Of a stretch of 64,000 nucleotides of DNA, positions 62,758 through 64,000 are shown piece after piece. The stretch is from positions 30,628,001 to 30,692,000 of the forward strand of contig NC_059440.1 in NCBI RefSeq assembly GCF_021028975.2, written 5' to 3'. The position numbers and the translations under genes were made by a program. The notes under the pieces were generated by a model, which worked only from the letters and a program-made list of their open reading frames with translations, was not told where the DNA came from and did not search any database. Origin of the DNA: Sphaerodactylus townsendi (Eukaryota). Each line of letters starts with the position of its first letter. The stretch's first letter is position 1.

Positions 62758-62851
62758 CAGGGGTCTGCAACCTGTGGCTCTCCAGATGTTCATGGACTAC
62801 GAATCCCATCAGCCCCTGCCAGCATGGCCAATTGGAGAGCCGCAGGTTACA
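62758..62851. mobile_element. Partially deleted palindromic hAT MITE
   Basis: Left arm intact; right arm collapses at ccaattgg|agagccgcagg. Confidence 0.8.
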
Positions 62852-63978
62852 AGGCAAAGCAATTTATAGGAGTTTGATGCTGTATATCAGGAGGGACGTT
62901 TTGGTTCATCTGGCCCAGGGGCTGTCCCGGGTCAAAGGTCTTTCTCCTGCTGACTGAGAAGAACTAAATTTGCCAGGCATGAGCCTTCTGAGAACTTCGG
63001 CATCCTTGTCCTTGGCAACTCCATGGGACCCCAGGCCCTTAGAGAGCCACTGCCGGACTGAAGGAATAGTCTTGGGCTGCCGTAGGAAGCTGGAATGGTA
63101 GTTTTGATTGTACTGAGAAAAGATTGATCGTGGAGATGATGCCCGGGGTGGGTGGGAGGTACAAGACATCACTTAAAATTGGCTGTTGCTTGGTGGGGGC
63201 CAGTCTTGCCTTGGGATAATGTTCCTTCCGCCCGCAACCAACCTGGGACTTTGGGCTGCCCTGTTATTTCTCTCCCCCCCCCACCTGCCCCCAGACTTTG
63301 CAGGCTTCCCTCACTTGACACTGCCCCACGCGTGCCACCTCCCGACCCAAAATAAAGCGGCTGATGGCAGAGATTGGACCTCCTAATTGTGCATCGCTTT
63401 TCCAAAGCCGCCTTCGTTTATCGTAAAGGGCACACATTTCCCGGCTTGAGTTTCCACGGCCAGAGGCCCTGAGGGCCAGCTCAGAAATGGAGAGAATTAA
63501 TTACATTTTTAAAGGTGGGGGGAGTCTTCCCCTTCTTTTAAAGTATGGAACAGAGTGATGAAATCCCAGAGGGGGGAATGAGGCATGGGTGGGGGTGGGG
63601 GTGGGGGGGACAGTTGTAGAAACAGAGAAAAGTCTGGGGGGAGGACCCAGGATGGGAGGGGGGGAACTCTTCCTTCGTTTAAGGCAATCCTGTCAGGACT
63701 ATAGAAAAATGTGCCTGGCTCCTGCTTCTCATCAAAACCCAGTTCTGCCACTGAAGGGAGTGACTGGCATTCTGGGATCAGGCTGCCAGCCTCAAGAAGC
63801 CCCCAGTTCAAATCATGCCTCAAAATGGACAAAGCGGGAGGCCAGACGCTATTTTTGTGGCCTCAGAACCCAACTTGCTGAGGCCCTATTTAGAAAGGCT
63901 CTCTGTCTCAGCTGAAGACTGGAGCAGGACTGGGACACATGAGGGCTGATGTATGTTCTCCGGGATGGGGGGGGGGGG

Positions 63979-64000
63979 CAGAGGTGGGGTCCAACCAGTT
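63979..64000. mobile_element. Start of a third copy of the ~190-bp hAT element
   Basis: cagaggtggggtccaaccagtt matches the 11895 terminus. Confidence 0.7.

Larger units (their letters stand above)
34729..64000 (+). other. PAX7: 5' part of PAX7 intron 7 (more than 29 kb)
   Basis: No exon-8-like coding sequence (VMSIL.NP...) recognised before the window end; intron 7 is long in mammals too. Confidence 0.7.

Overview
This is vertebrate DNA from a squamate reptile; the SINE and MITE content suggests a gecko, which is an inference. The whole window lies inside the PAX7 gene on the + strand. It contains the end of a long upstream intron, two intact coding exons that build the paired-class homeodomain (24880-25079 and 33262-33427, equivalent to human exons 5 and 6), and a recognisable but disrupted exon-7 homologue (about 34522-34728) with in-frame stops and small indels. 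That disruption is either a local assembly error (more likely) or real degeneration. More than 29 kb of the next intron follows, and I found no exon 8. The introns hold many non-autonomous DNA transposons (hAT, Tc1/mariner and Harbinger MITEs), tRNA/CORE SINEs, LINE 3' ends, a Penelope-like fragment, a tailless U2 snRNA retrocopy with a TSD, CpG islands and several repeat-free motif-dense blocks that look like developmental enhancers. There are four N gaps. Almost all ORFs in the supplied track are spurious. Repeat family names and comparisons to human PAX7 come from recall, not from a database search.
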